The notes under the pieces were generated by a model. The model was not told the DNA's origin and searched no databases. It worked only from the letters and a program-made list of their open reading frames with translations. Shown here in pieces: positions 39,858 to 50,801 of a DNA stretch of 64,000 nt. Each line of letters begins with the position of its first letter. Position 1 is the stretch's first letter. The translations under genes and the position numbers were made by a program. The DNA is from an uncultured Methylomirabilota bacterium (GTDB lineage: Bacteria > Methylomirabilota > Methylomirabilia > Methylomirabilales > 2-02-FULL-66-22), in NCBI GenBank assembly GCA_963845565.1, contig CAWJSJ010000002.1:384001-448000 (forward strand), given 5' to 3'.

Positions 39858-41405
39858 CTACGCAGTCATCGTGGCGAACTGCAGGTGCATCCGCTCGTAC
39901 GGAGTTGGGTTCCACTGCAGCTTCTTGTTGACCCCGTAGATGTGCTCCTCATCGTACAGGAACAACCATGGACAGTACTCGTCCACCACGTACTTCTCGA
40001 ACTCCTGCGCGATGGGGACGCGCTTCGCCGGGTCGACCTCGTGCCGCAGCCGATCCAGCAGGCCGTCCATCTTGTCGTTGTAGGAATACTTGTACAGGCC
40101 CTTGGACCAGAATGGGACCTGCCATTCGTACGACGGGTCCAGCCACAGCGGTCCGACGGACCACATGTTCATTCCGGTGGCTTTCTGCGTGGTGTAGAGC
40201 GACGAGACAGTATTGAACTCGCCACCCTTCTGGTTAAACCGGATGCCGACCTTGGCCGCCATGCCCACGATGGCCGTGGCCACATCCTTGTCATTCAGCC
40301 ACCGCCCGATAGGATGGTTGTAGTCGAGGTCGATCCCATTGGGGTAACCGGCCTGCGTCAGCAGTTTCTTGGCCTGTTCCGGATCGTACTTGTAGCCCAC
40401 CAGCTTCTCCGGTGCATCCCCGATGTAGCCGGGTTTGTTGATCCCCTTCGCTGGGTACGCATGCCCGCCCAAGACGTTCTTGACGATGGAGTCGACGTCG
40501 ATGGCGTAGTTGATGGCCTTCCGCACAAGTGGGTTGTCGGTGGGCGGCACGAAGCAGTTGAAGAAGCAGTAGACGCGGCGCAGGGCCCGGACGGTTCGGA
40601 CGTCGGCCGTCCGCTGGATCCGGCTGATCAACTCGGGAGACACGCCGATGATCAGATCGGCCTCGCCGGTTTCGAGGAGCGCGACCCGGGTCGCCGTCTC
40701 TGGCTGTGCCCGGAAGGTGAGTGCCTGGATCTGTGGCTTGGGGCCCCAATACGTGGGATTGGCCTCGAACTTGATGTGCACGCCTTCTTGCCAGTCGACG
40801 AAACGATAGGGACCACTGCCGATGGGCTTCCTGCCAAAGCGGGCCTTGCCGCCGGACTCGACATAGTACTTGGGGGGCAGGAAAAAGAAAAACGCGGTGG
40901 AAGCCGGCGTGGCCGCGTAGGCCCCTTCAGTCACGATGTCGAAGCTGAGCTTGTCGACCGGGACGACTTCCTTGATGTGCGCCATGAAGGGCGCCGCCAT
41001 CCCCTTGTTGCCCTTGATGGTCTCTATGCTGAACTTGGCGACTTCGGAGTTGATCTCCTCCCCGTTGGAGAACTTGAGGCCCGGCCGGAGGTAGAACCGC
41101 CACCGGTCGGGGGTCTTGCTCTCCCAGCGCTCACACAGGAGCGGCTCCAGCTTCATAACCTTTTGGGCGGCGTCGTACTTATACACCGCCGGCGTTTCGA
41201 GCATGTGGAGGTACAGGTTCCCGGCATTAGCGTTGGTATCCATCGAGGGATCGAGGGACTGGGGCCACGCGGTTTGTACGACCACGACCGGCTTGCCGGG
41301 GGCGGCGGCGGCCCGAGCGCGGCCGGTGTGTCCGGCAATCATCGCCCCACCGGCGCCCATGGCCGTCAAACGAAGAAATTCCCGACGGGTAGTCTTCCTG
41401 CTCAT
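39858..41405 (-). CDS. Family 5 ABC substrate-binding protein with a Tat signal
   Basis: TRREFL, PIGSGPY, VRKAINYAID and YDPEQAKKLL motifs. Confidence 0.92.
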   Translation of the reverse strand: MSRKTTRREFLRLTAMGAGGAMIAGHTGRARAAAAPGKPVVVVQTAWPQSLDPSMDTNANAGNLYLHMLETPAVYKYDAAQKVMKLEPLLCERWESKTPDRWRFYLRPGLKFSNGEEINSEVAKFSIETIKGNKGMAAPFMAHIKEVVPVDKLSFDIVTEGAYAATPASTAFFFFLPPKYYVESGGKARFGRKPIGSGPYRFVDWQEGVHIKFEANPTYWGPKPQIQALTFRAQPETATRVALLETGEADLIIGVSPELISRIQRTADVRTVRALRRVYCFFNCFVPPTDNPLVRKAINYAIDVDSIVKNVLGGHAYPAKGINKPGYIGDAPEKLVGYKYDPEQAKKLLTQAGYPNGIDLDYNHPIGRWLNDKDVATAIVGMAAKVGIRFNQKGGEFNTVSSLYTTQKATGMNMWSVGPLWLDPSYEWQVPFWSKGLYKYSYNDKMDGLLDRLRHEVDPAKRVPIAQEFEKYVVDEYCPWLFLYDEEHIYGVNKKLQWNPTPYERMHLQFATMTA

Positions 41406-41815
41406 CGGCTCCTCCTCTCCCTTTGCGGAACCCGAAAGCGTTGTATCGAGAACAGCGCGTACTCGTCGGCACCGAAGTGTGTTTAGTAACCACCTCCCCT
41501 GCTGGCGTCGCTACACCTATCGGCCAACCGTTGATGCGATCGCACGGAACTCTCGAAGGTCGAGCAGTGGCATGACCCCGGCTGTCGGTCGTCGCCGATC
41601 CCGCCAGGCAGGACCCATTGCCGGGAAGCTGGCGAAGGCGATCGCCCACGGGAGCGATCTCGTCTAGAGACGACAAATCCGTTTCAGATACATCGTCAAG
41701 CCCGGCGGAGAGGGAAACCGCTCGACGCGTGGAGTGTATGCGTGCATGCTGTCCCTTGTCAACGACCAGCGCCAGCGCACCGCCCGTCTGTGCCCGCGCT
41801 CATCGAGAGACACCA

Positions 41816-43407
41816 TTAGCACTCCTCGAGCCCGCCGTCGCCTCTCGGATCGGACGCGCCGCTCGCTTTCCCCGTGTCTTCTCGGATCCACTTCTACCAG
41901 GCACGCCCGGCCGCCGTACAGATCTTCGCGCAACCGGTATCCGCAGAGCTGGAGGTCCTTTCGGACGTCGAGGGGGAAGAAGCCGTCCACCCGCAGCTCT
42001 TTAGGGTCGTTCTCGCAGTGGATACGGGCGCTTGCCACCGCCGCCGAGGGTGAGACGCCGAAATCGACGATGCCGACGATGACGTGGGCCATGGAACTGG
42101 TCTTCCGTCCGCCGTGAGGCGAGCCCAGCGCCATGCGTACCTTGTCATCCTGGAACATGATGGTGGGCCCACCCCCAGATATGGGGCGCTTTCCGGGGAC
42201 AACGGAGTTGACGTGCCCAGGACGGGGATCGAACATCGACATCCCGTTGTTGTACATGAACCCGAGACCGGGAGTCACGACGCCCGAGCCGTAGCACACG
42301 GTGTGAGTCATGCTCACGGCGGACCCTTCATCGTCATAGGTCGTCACCTGAGTCGTGCCGGCGAGAGCAGAGGGCGGAAAGGTTGACCTGCGCGGCACGT
42401 CGCCGATCCGGGCTCTCAGGTCGGCTGCGTGCTCCTTGGATACCAGGAGTTCGAACAGCGAGGGGCTGAAGCCGGGCTCGATAAACCGGGTCCGCTCGGC
42501 GAAGACCAGATACAGGGCGCGGGCCATGAGGTCGTAGTAGGCCGCGGTGCCCTGCCCCAAGGACCGAAGATCGTATCCCTCAAGGACGTTGAGCAACGTG
42601 ATCAGCAGAGCACCAATGGCGGGCGGGGGATCGGTGGCAATGGTTAGTCCACGATAACTGCCCCGGAGGGGTTTCCGTATCTCGGCCCGACACTCGGCGA
42701 GATCGCGAGCCGTGACCGGCGCCCCGTTCCGTGCCAGGTCTTCCGCCATCCTGCACCCGATCTCTCCCGTGTAAAAGTCGTCAGGCCCTGCCGTGGCGAG
42801 GCGTCGAAGGGTGCGCGCCAACTTGGGTTGAACAAGCCGCTCGCCGATGTGATCGACCCGACCGTTGACCGTGAAGACGTCGGCACAAGCCTTCGTGACC
42901 GAGAGCATCCGGGCGCCATCGAACGGACAGGACGTTTGCTGGACGGACGCTCGGCCCGCCAGTACTGATGCATGTAAGGATAGACCGTGAAGCCCTCCTC
43001 CGCGTATCGAATGGCGGGCTGAGGATGGTCGCCCACGAGACGCGGCCGCTGCCGAACGCTTCGAAGGCGGTCTGCGTGCCTCGAACGAATGTGGGGACCA
43101 AGATGGAATCATACCCGAAGAAGATGTCTCCAGGCTGGGCGCCGACGAACATGTCGGGGCGGGCGGCGGATCCGGCCCGGTCGAGGAAATCGACGATCAC
43201 GTTGCGGCCGGTAGGCGCGTGGAAGAGGTTCATCACACCCGTTGCCGCGATGGTTGTCATGGCCGGAGAGACCACGGTCTGCGCGTATGCGGTCGCCAGA
43301 GCCGCGTCGACGGCCGAGCCCCCTTTGCGGAAGATCTCGGCCCCCGCCTCGGCGGCGAGGGGTTCCGGGCATACGACAATTCGGTTCAACGTCCCCTCCC
43401 GGACCAA
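41816..43407 (-). CDS. ggt: Gamma-glutamyltransferase family protein, several frameshifts
   Basis: GGSAVDAALA, AEEGF, GTTQV (Thr nucleophile), GFMYNNGM, PGKRP and terminal GASDPRG spread over three frames. Confidence 0.8.
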
Positions 43408-43480
43408 CCGTGTCCCGACCGCAGTGCGCGCACGATCCGATGGATGACTCGCCGCGCTCTGGGTGCCGCGCGACAGCCTC

Positions 43481-44473
43481 TTATGCTTTCGCGACCCGCT
43501 CGAATTCGGCGAAGACCTCGGCAGGATCGATCGGGCGCTTCACCAGTCCTTGTGCGTACTCCTCCTCGCAGAGGGTCTTGATGAGAGCCCCGTTTGTTTC
43601 CACCCCGTTGGATTGCCAATCGCCTCCGAACATCCGGATGGCCTCTTCGATCTCCTCCTCCATCCATGGGGTCGTCTCTGCCAGGCCTCGTCGCCGCTCC
43701 TGCCACCGCAGCTTGGATCGTTCCAGTGCGCCGTAAAGGCTGCGTGCCACCCAGGGGTAGCGCTCGAAGGTGTCCCGCCGGAGCACGACGATGTGGTGGG
43801 CGGGGTAGATTCCGGTGCGTGCGTAATAGTCCTTCTCGACTCGGCGATAATCTGGATAGAGCCTCACCGTCGGGCCGCCGACCCCGACGTAGCTCCGGGG
43901 GGGCGCCGGGCTCATCATGGCGTCCAGTTCGCCGGACACCAGCATGGCCTCCAGGGTGCGGCCCGGCGGCGTCGGACGCACGTGGGTGGGCAGATCCGTC
44001 TGGGGTTTATGGTGGGCGGCATCGCGACCCGAGTCGTCCATTGGGCCGACCAGCCATTCGATTCGGTCGAGGCTGACCCCCTCCTCTCGGAGCGCTGCCC
44101 GCGTCCACGTGTTGCCCGTGGTCTTCCAGGCATTGAGGCCAATGCGCTTGCCCTCCAAGTCTTTCCCGGACCGCAGGCCGCTGTCGCGCCGCACGTAGAT
44201 GCAGCGATGCCGGAACCCGCGGTAGGCGAAGAAGGGAATCCCGACGAGACCACGCTCGCCTCGCGACAAGCCGATCAGGTAGAGGCTGAAGGAGTACTCC
44301 CCCGCCTCGACTGCCGGACTGGAGAGGAATCGGACCTGGGCCCCGCCACCGGCCATCGTATCCGCCACCCGGTCGAGCGTGAGGGCGATACCCTCGGCAG
44401 CCACATCGCCACAGGCCAGGGGAGCCAGGTAATCATAGTCCTTGCCCACATAGGTGATCGCCACTTCTTGCAC
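43481..44473 (-). CDS. 4,5-dihydroxyphthalate decarboxylase-like / PBP2-fold protein
   Basis: GIPFF..RGFRH..IYV, DLEGKRIG, YYARTGIYP..H and C-terminal QGL..RPI motifs. Confidence 0.75.
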   Translation of the reverse strand: MQEVAITYVGKDYDYLAPLACGDVAAEGIALTLDRVADTMAGGGAQVRFLSSPAVEAGEYSFSLYLIGLSRGERGLVGIPFFAYRGFRHRCIYVRRDSGLRSGKDLEGKRIGLNAWKTTGNTWTRAALREEGVSLDRIEWLVGPMDDSGRDAAHHKPQTDLPTHVRPTPPGRTLEAMLVSGELDAMMSPAPPRSYVGVGGPTVRLYPDYRRVEKDYYARTGIYPAHHIVVLRRDTFERYPWVARSLYGALERSKLRWQERRRGLAETTPWMEEEIEEAIRMFGGDWQSNGVETNGALIKTLCEEEYAQGLVKRPIDPAEVFAEFERVAKA

Positions 44474-44540
44474 GGTATCCCCCTTCCGATGCTGCGGCGA
44501 AAATCCGCGGACAGCATCTATGTGCCGCGCTTGGGTCGGC

Positions 44541-45993
44541 TCAGATTCCCGCATAGTTATAAAGCAGGTCGACGCAGAAGCGTTCGGTTTCGGCCGATCC
44601 CGGCACCTTGCCGTCGCCCTCAACCACATAGAACTCGTTGCTGGTCGCCGCACGGTCTCCATACCCCAGAGCGGAGTTACGCAATGCCGGAATTCCCAGC
44701 GCCTTGGGTATGTGTGCCCAAGGTCCCCCGAAGGCGACCATCGGCCAGATCACCGCGGGATACCCATACGCCTCCAAGGTCTTGAGGGTGGCCTGCACGA
44801 CGTCCGCGTGCGGATCGGTTTGTCCCCAGTTGTAGGCACCGTATACGTGAATGCGAATGTCCCTGAACCCCTCGCGGTCCAAGTGCGCCCGCAACTTGTC
44901 GAGGATCTCCTGGGCATCCATGTCGGTGATCATGCGGAGGTCTAGCGTTGCAACGGCAGAATGCGGCAACAAGAATGATTTGCTGCCTGGGCCGATATAC
45001 CCACTTCGCAGGCCGCTAATATTAATCGAGGGGGCGTACAGGTATTCTTCCAAGACCCGTTTGCCCGTCAGGTCGCCCTTGAAGACTTTGACGGGAGCAC
45101 TGGGTGACAGGCCGGGAATGATCGTGTTGGGATCGCTATCGCCAAAGCGGTCCTGCAGTCTTTGGAGCAATGCGCGCTCTGCGGCCCCGATGGTCTTTCG
45201 TTCGTCAAAGACGTGCTCCAACCCCGGCACCACCAGCCGCGTGCCATCTGGCGTTGTCAACGTGGCAAGGGCATGGATCAGTCGCCACGCCGGACTGTCC
45301 ACAATCGCATTGGTGGCGCTATGCACCGACCCGCCGATGGGGCCGCGTCCCCAGGCGTCACCGCTGGCCTCCAGTTCAAGATAGATCAGCCCCTTGAAAC
45401 CCAGGACGACCGAGACTTCCCCTTTGGCATTTTGCGACGCGCCAGGACTCAGCAGGGCCTGGGCCTCTTTCAGGCGGTCTTTGTACACATCGGCCAGCTT
45501 GAGATAATTACAGCTCCCGAGGATTTCCGCGCCTTCGATCAGGAAGAGGACGTTGACGGGTAACCTGCCCTCGACGGTCTTGATGGACTGCAGAGCGTTC
45601 AGCCATGTCTGCAGCGGACCCTTGGATGCGCGCGCGCCCCGGCCCAGGATCACACGCTTGTACGGAGCCATCTCGACCAGTTCGGCCCCAAAGGGCGGCC
45701 AATCCCATGTCTCGTGACCCACCGGACGGACATCATAATGCGAATAGTACAAGATGGTCTTCTGCGCGCCGCTGTCCAGCCTCCCCCAAACACCCGGATA
45801 GGCATCGCCGACCTCGACCAAAGCGGTTTCCTGGCATCCAACCTCGGCGAGATGCTGGCGGACCAGTTCTGCGCACTCGCGCAGGCCCAGGGTCTCCAAG
45901 CTCACACTCGGCTGCCGGACGAGCTCTCCGGATCTTGCCGGTGTGGGCGTCCAGATGTTGGTCTATGTATTCGTAGATGCGTTGACGCGCCAT
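44541..45993 (-). CDS. M20/M25/M40 metallopeptidase, frameshift near 45910
   Basis: YSHYDVRP, GRGA..SKG, LIEGAEILGS and HSAT motifs; N-terminus MARQRIYEYID is in another frame. Confidence 0.8.
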
Positions 45994-46114
45994 CGGTCGC
46001 CCTCCCTTCGGGGCCGACACGCCCGAATCCGCGCCCATCGGCGATTGGGAGGCCGGCGCGGCCGAGCGAGCGACGTTCCGTGACAGAGTTCTCCCTTCGA
46101 ATGCCCGACTCCGG

Positions 46115-47148
46115 TCAATACATAAGGTCCGGATTCAGCACGTTCTGTAACTGCTCTCCGGCCAGATAACGGCGCAGGTTTTCGCAGAACAGATCGGTAA
46201 TCCTTCGGTTTTCCCGGTCGCTTGTGCTGGCCGAATGCGGACTGATGAGCACGTTCGGCATTCCCCAGAGCGGGCTGCCCGGAGGAAGAGGCTCCTCGGT
46301 GAACACATCCAATGCGGCGCCACCTAGGTGGCCGGAACGAAGCGCCTCAACGAGGGCGGACTCATCGACTACAGCGCCACGTGCTGTGTTGATGAAGAAG
46401 GCCCCGCGTGGCAGGGCTGCCAACTCTTTCACGCCGATCAGCTTCTCCGTTTGCGGCGTATGGGGCACCATCAACACGAGAACATCCGTCTGGCGCAACA
46501 TCGCCGGAAGACGGTCGAGATCGTAATAGTGATCCACGATGTCGGGCGAAGATTTCAGGTCGGTGCCGATGACGATCATGCCGAGGGCGCGGCACATGCG
46601 GGCGATCTCTGCCCCACGCGTCCTAGGCCCACGATCGCCAATGTTCGCCCCTCCAGGTCGGTGCCCGCGTACCGCTCCCAATGCCGCCGGGGTTGGGCCC
46701 CGATCATACGCATGGCGCCCTTGTAGTGCATCAGCACTGCCATGATCACAAATTCTGCCAATGGTCTGCGGTGCACGCCGCTGGCCGTTGTCATGATGGT
46801 GTTTGGCATGCGGGTGGCATACCCGTTGTCCTTGACGAGAGGGCCGATCCCCGCACTGGTAGCTTGGATCCATCGCGCATTGGGGGCCAGGTCCGGCAGA
46901 TCCGCCCGATGCGTCGGATCAAAATCGAACAGGATTTCCGCCTGAGCGAGAAGCTTTTGCCAGCGTTGTTCTTGTTCCGGAGTTCGCTGGTAGATGGGGT
47001 CGCCGTTGTGGTCGGCGGCATAGCGCGGAGGGCGCAACAGGTCCGGTTCATAGAGCACGGTGAGTCGGTCATCGACCTGACGGATGCGCGCGACCTGTTC
47101 AGGCTCCAGGTAGCTGCAAATCAAGACCGTGTGCGTGGGTGCGTTCAC
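46115..47148 (-). CDS. D-2-hydroxyacid dehydrogenase, frameshift near 46610
   Basis: WIQATSAG, GLGRVG, INTARG, LDVF..EPLP and ISPHSA motifs. Confidence 0.85.
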
Positions 47149-47648
47149 GAGTTCCTCCCCAAGGTGTTGCGGTTTCTTTTGGGCCTTTTCAGGAAAACAT
47201 ATCACGCTACCGATCAGGCCTGGCGCTTGAGAAATCCCTGAACCGTCGCCGCAGAGGGTTGAAAGACTCGACTGAAAGGAGATGCTCACTGAGAAGAAGA
47301 AGTTGTCGCGGCTCGCCCATGTGTCCTGCCTACCTCGCGCCACAAGGCGCTGCGGATCCGGGGGCCACAGCCCAGGACGGGCGTTGAGTATCTGCCGAGC
47401 CCTGCGCACGTGTCAAGCAGGAACCCGTTGAATGCAGAAAGGGGCAGCGCACGGCAAGCCTCCCCAACGGAAACGCCACCGGGCTCCCCGCCATCTCCGT
47501 CCCGACGGTTTCACGAGAACGGGGTGCCCACGGGATTCAGTTCATGGGGAGGCCGTACGACGAGAACGGCATCATCGCGGCGGCCAGCGCGTACAGACCC
47601 TGACCGACTGGCACGCCGGCATCCCCCGGGAACGTTGGAATATCGAGG

Positions 47649-47724
47649 AGCGTGTCGTCGCTTCTGCCCTGGCTCCTGCTGCGCTTTCCCTTTGTGCCTT
47701 CGTTCGCCCCGCCTCGATTCGCAG
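47649..47724 (+). repeat. Direct repeat family 3, copy B
   Basis: Core CCCTTTGTGCCTTCGTTCGCCCCGCCTCGATTCGCA; 35/36 identical to copy C. Confidence 0.9.
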
Positions 47725-47825
47725 GGGAGAGACCAACTTGGCTTTCGCGCCAATTCATCAATGGTTTCGGGTGCTCTAGGCGAGACTCGCACCATTCGTC
47801 CGACTGTTGGCCCTGTGGGGGCAAC

Positions 47826-48890
47826 CTAATTATGAGCGATTTGTTTGAGGAAAACGGGTAACACTCTCTTGTTCTGAGTGATGGTGATCACGCCGTTGCT
47901 TTGCAACCACGTTTCCACCGCCAGACGCCGGGCGGTTTCGGCTTGACGCTGGGTGTGCACCGCCCGGGCCTGAATGAGCGTCCGGGTCAGTTCGTTGATT
48001 GCATCGAAGATCTCCCTTCGCGTGCGACGAGTATACGCCTGCCGCGCTGACCTCGCATCCTGAAACACCCTGCAGGCAACGTGCCCCTCGAGGCAGCGGC
48101 GGGGGCGATGGTTCAGGGCGTGTGCCAACCCCTCCGCCCAGACCTGCACCTGGGACTCCGGGACGGGGCCATGGGCGAGGATCTGCTCCACCAGCGGCGT
48201 TTTCAGTTCCCGGACCGCGCATTCCATCCCGCCGTTGTAGGGCGGGTACTGGGGGGGCGAGTTCAGCGGCAGGACCAGGTAACGGGCCAGGACCTCATCG
48301 ACCGCTCGCTGATTGAGATTGGACCCGTTGTCGCGCTTGAGCACCAGCGGCGGTCCATGCTGCAAGAACAGCTGTTCCAGGCGCACGGCCACGGTTTCTC
48401 CCAAGACCCGCTCGCCTACCCAGGGGGTGAACTTATAGCGCGAGGCGAGATCCTGCACTTGGTGCAGATGCAAGGTGTGGTGGGCGAACCTCGCCAACTC
48501 CGCGTCGTCCAGCGACCAGACCAGGCCGGGAACGTGCCAAGTGATGTGGCGTAATGCGGCCTGGCGCTGCTGGGCCAGCTCCCGCCGCACCGTCTCGGTC
48601 AGCGCCTGCAGCTCGCGCCGGGAGATCTGCGTGTGGTACTGCCGGTACACGGCCCCGACGCCCCGGCTGCGCTGGCGGCCATGGTGCAGGCCGTACAAGT
48701 CCCCGTGCAGCTCCTCCAGGGTCAGGGGCGCCACCTTCTTGGGACCCGGCCGGAAGACGGCCGGCTGGCCACGCTCCAGGCGGTGCTTCCACCGCCGGAA
48801 GCTCCCATACGGCACCCCCAGGAATCGGCAGAGGCGTCGGTACGGCCAGCGCACCTGGCGCTTCAGTTGGGTCAGGGTCGTCACCACCAT
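47826..48890 (-). CDS. DDE integrase 2 (IS3 OrfB-like)
   Basis: VWSLDD, QDLASRY, KRDNGS, PPYNGGME and LNHRPR motifs; stop lies inside the left IR. Confidence 0.85.
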   Translation of the reverse strand: MVVTTLTQLKRQVRWPYRRLCRFLGVPYGSFRRWKHRLERGQPAVFRPGPKKVAPLTLEELHGDLYGLHHGRQRSRGVGAVYRQYHTQISRRELQALTETVRRELAQQRQAALRHITWHVPGLVWSLDDAELARFAHHTLHLHQVQDLASRYKFTPWVGERVLGETVAVRLEQLFLQHGPPLVLKRDNGSNLNQRAVDEVLARYLVLPLNSPPQYPPYNGGMECAVRELKTPLVEQILAHGPVPESQVQVWAEGLAHALNHRPRRCLEGHVACRVFQDARSARQAYTRRTRREIFDAINELTRTLIQARAVHTQRQAETARRLAVETWLQSNGVITITQNKRVLPVFLKQIAHN

Positions 48891-48900
48891 GGCGGCCACC

Positions 48901-49237
48901 TCAGGCGTTTTTTTTATCCGGCTGCGCCAACCGCTGCCGGATCCGCTCCGTCTGCTCGCAGGACGTCGAGCTTCGCCTGCAACTCCTGGGTCTGGCGCTG
49001 GAGCGCTGCCTTCTCCGGGTCGAGGGGCCGCGGCGGGCGCCCGTGGTCCCGATTGCCCAGTGCCTTCACCATCGCCGCCAAGGCCCGTCGCTCCCACTTG
49101 TAATACGTCTTGCGGGAGATCCCCAGTTGCCGGGCGGCTTCCTGGGCACTCACCACCCCGCTCCGCACCTGCATGATCAGCTGCGCCCGCTGCCGGGCCA
49201 AGGCTTGCTGGTGAGGGCTGGGTTGCGGATCGCTCAT
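48901..49237 (-). CDS. HTH + coiled-coil protein 2 (OrfA-like), probable 1-nt insertion near 48958
   Basis: GGAGGA RBS, EAARQLGISRKTYYKWE; removing one C gives ...LEQTERIRQRLAQPDKKNA-stop across an A8 run. Confidence 0.75.
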
Positions 49238-50801
49238 CGCGGAATCCTCCTGCCCCGCGGGGATGGTCTACTTGGCCGGCGGCGGGGCTTTCGGTTCCTG
49301 CAGCTTGGCCAGCCGTTTCTCCAGTCTGGCCATGCGGCCCTTCTGCTGCACCGCCTGGCGCGCCAGCAGCCGCTCCAGTTTCGGGCTCAGCGCGGCTCCC
49401 GGTTCGAGGCGCGTCTGCGACTCCAGCGCCTTGAGCATCGCCGCTAGCGCCCGCTCCTCCCAGTGGGAGAGCACCTTCGGGCTGATCGCCAGCTCCTGGC
49501 AGACTTCCGCCGGGCGCCGCCGCTCGGTCCAGATCGACAGCACCGCCTGCACTCGCTGCTGGGCATTGTACGGCAGCGGCTCCTTCTTGGCTTTGATTTC
49601 CGTGCTCATGGGCTCCTCCTTCCAGGTCGTAGGTGACCTCCTGCTGCGGCCGCGGCTCCGCGCCATCGACGAGCATCTTCACTTGGCCCTTCTCGGCCCG
49701 GATCACCACCGATTGCTCACCCATCCGTCCCACCATGTAGAACGGACTGCGCGGTTGCCCCCGCAGCGCCAGTTCCAGCACGTTGTCCTGAATGCCGCGC
49801 TCGATGACCTGCCGCAGCTCCTGGGCGATCGCGAAGAAGCGATCGGCCGGGCACAACCCCTCCAGGGACTGATGGGGCCGCCGGTGGTTGTAGTGCTTCA
49901 CCCAGAGCCGGATCCGCTCGCCGGCCGACTCGAAGCTGTCGAACTGCGCGCGCACCAGGAACTCCTCCCAGATGGTTTTCCAGAAGCGTTCGATCTTGCC
50001 CAGCGTCATGGGATGGTGCGGGCGGCTCTTGATGTGGTGCACCCGCTCCTTCCGCAACTCCGCCTCGAACCGGGTGGTCCCGCGCCAGCTCGAGTACTGG
50101 CGGCCCTGATCGGAGAGCATCTCTTTGGGCACGCCGTACTCCGCCACCGCCCGGCGGTACACCTCCAGCACGTGCTCCGCCGTCTGGCTGCGGAACACGT
50201 CCAGCCCCACCACGTAGCGGGAGTGATCGTCGAGAAAGCCGATGAGATAGGCGTTCTTGCCGCCCAGCCGGAAGGTGAAGATGTCGGTCTGCCACATCTG
50301 GTTGGGCGTGGCGCGCTCGAAGAAGCGCGGCTGAGGGGGGTTACGCTGGGGTTTGGGGCGAGGTGTCTTGAGGAGCTGGTGCTCGTGTAAGGTGCGGCGC
50401 ACCGTCTCCCGGCTCACCGGCAGAAACAGCACGCGCCGCAGGAACTGGCTGATTTTCTGGATCCCCACGTCGGGATGGCGCCGCTTGAGGTCGACGACTT
50501 TCGTCTTCACCGCCGGGGCCACTTTCGGCCGCTGACGGTTCGGACGTGTCGGCTTCGACTGCAAGCCCGCTTCCCCCTGGGCGCGGTACACCCTCACCCA
50601 CTTGCCCAACGTACTGTGGCCCACGCCCATTTCGCGGGCGACCTGCTCCACGGGGAAGCCTTCCTCCAGGCATAACTGCACCGCTTTGCGCCGGACCTCG
50701 AACGGGTGGGAGTGAGCGTGCGGACGCGTTGACCGCCGCCCCGCCCCCCGCGGGGGATGAGTCCTCTTCCTCTTCCCTTGACCCTCGCTGATCCGTTCCA
50801 T
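48914..50801 (-). CDS. IS481-like DDE transposase 1 (HTH-HTH-rve) with a long low-complexity tail; 3' end uncertain
   Basis: AAAGGAG RBS; VAREMGVGHSTLGKW, PNQMWQTD, DDHSR, SDQGRQY, GKIERF and YNHRRPHQSL motifs. Confidence 0.85.
49268..49609 (-). CDS. HTH + coiled-coil protein 1
   Basis: AAGGAGGAG RBS; EVCQELAISPKVLSHWEERALAAM. Confidence 0.8.
   Translation of the reverse strand: MSTEIKAKKEPLPYNAQQRVQAVLSIWTERRRPAEVCQELAISPKVLSHWEERALAAMLKALESQTRLEPGAALSPKLERLLARQAVQQKGRMARLEKRLAKLQEPKAPPPAK

Noticed and set aside
47420..47560. Possible c-di-GMP riboswitch
   Set aside because: Inverted repeats (GCCTCCCCA/TGGGGAGGC) are present, but the GEMM consensus is not matched and no downstream gene is suitably oriented.
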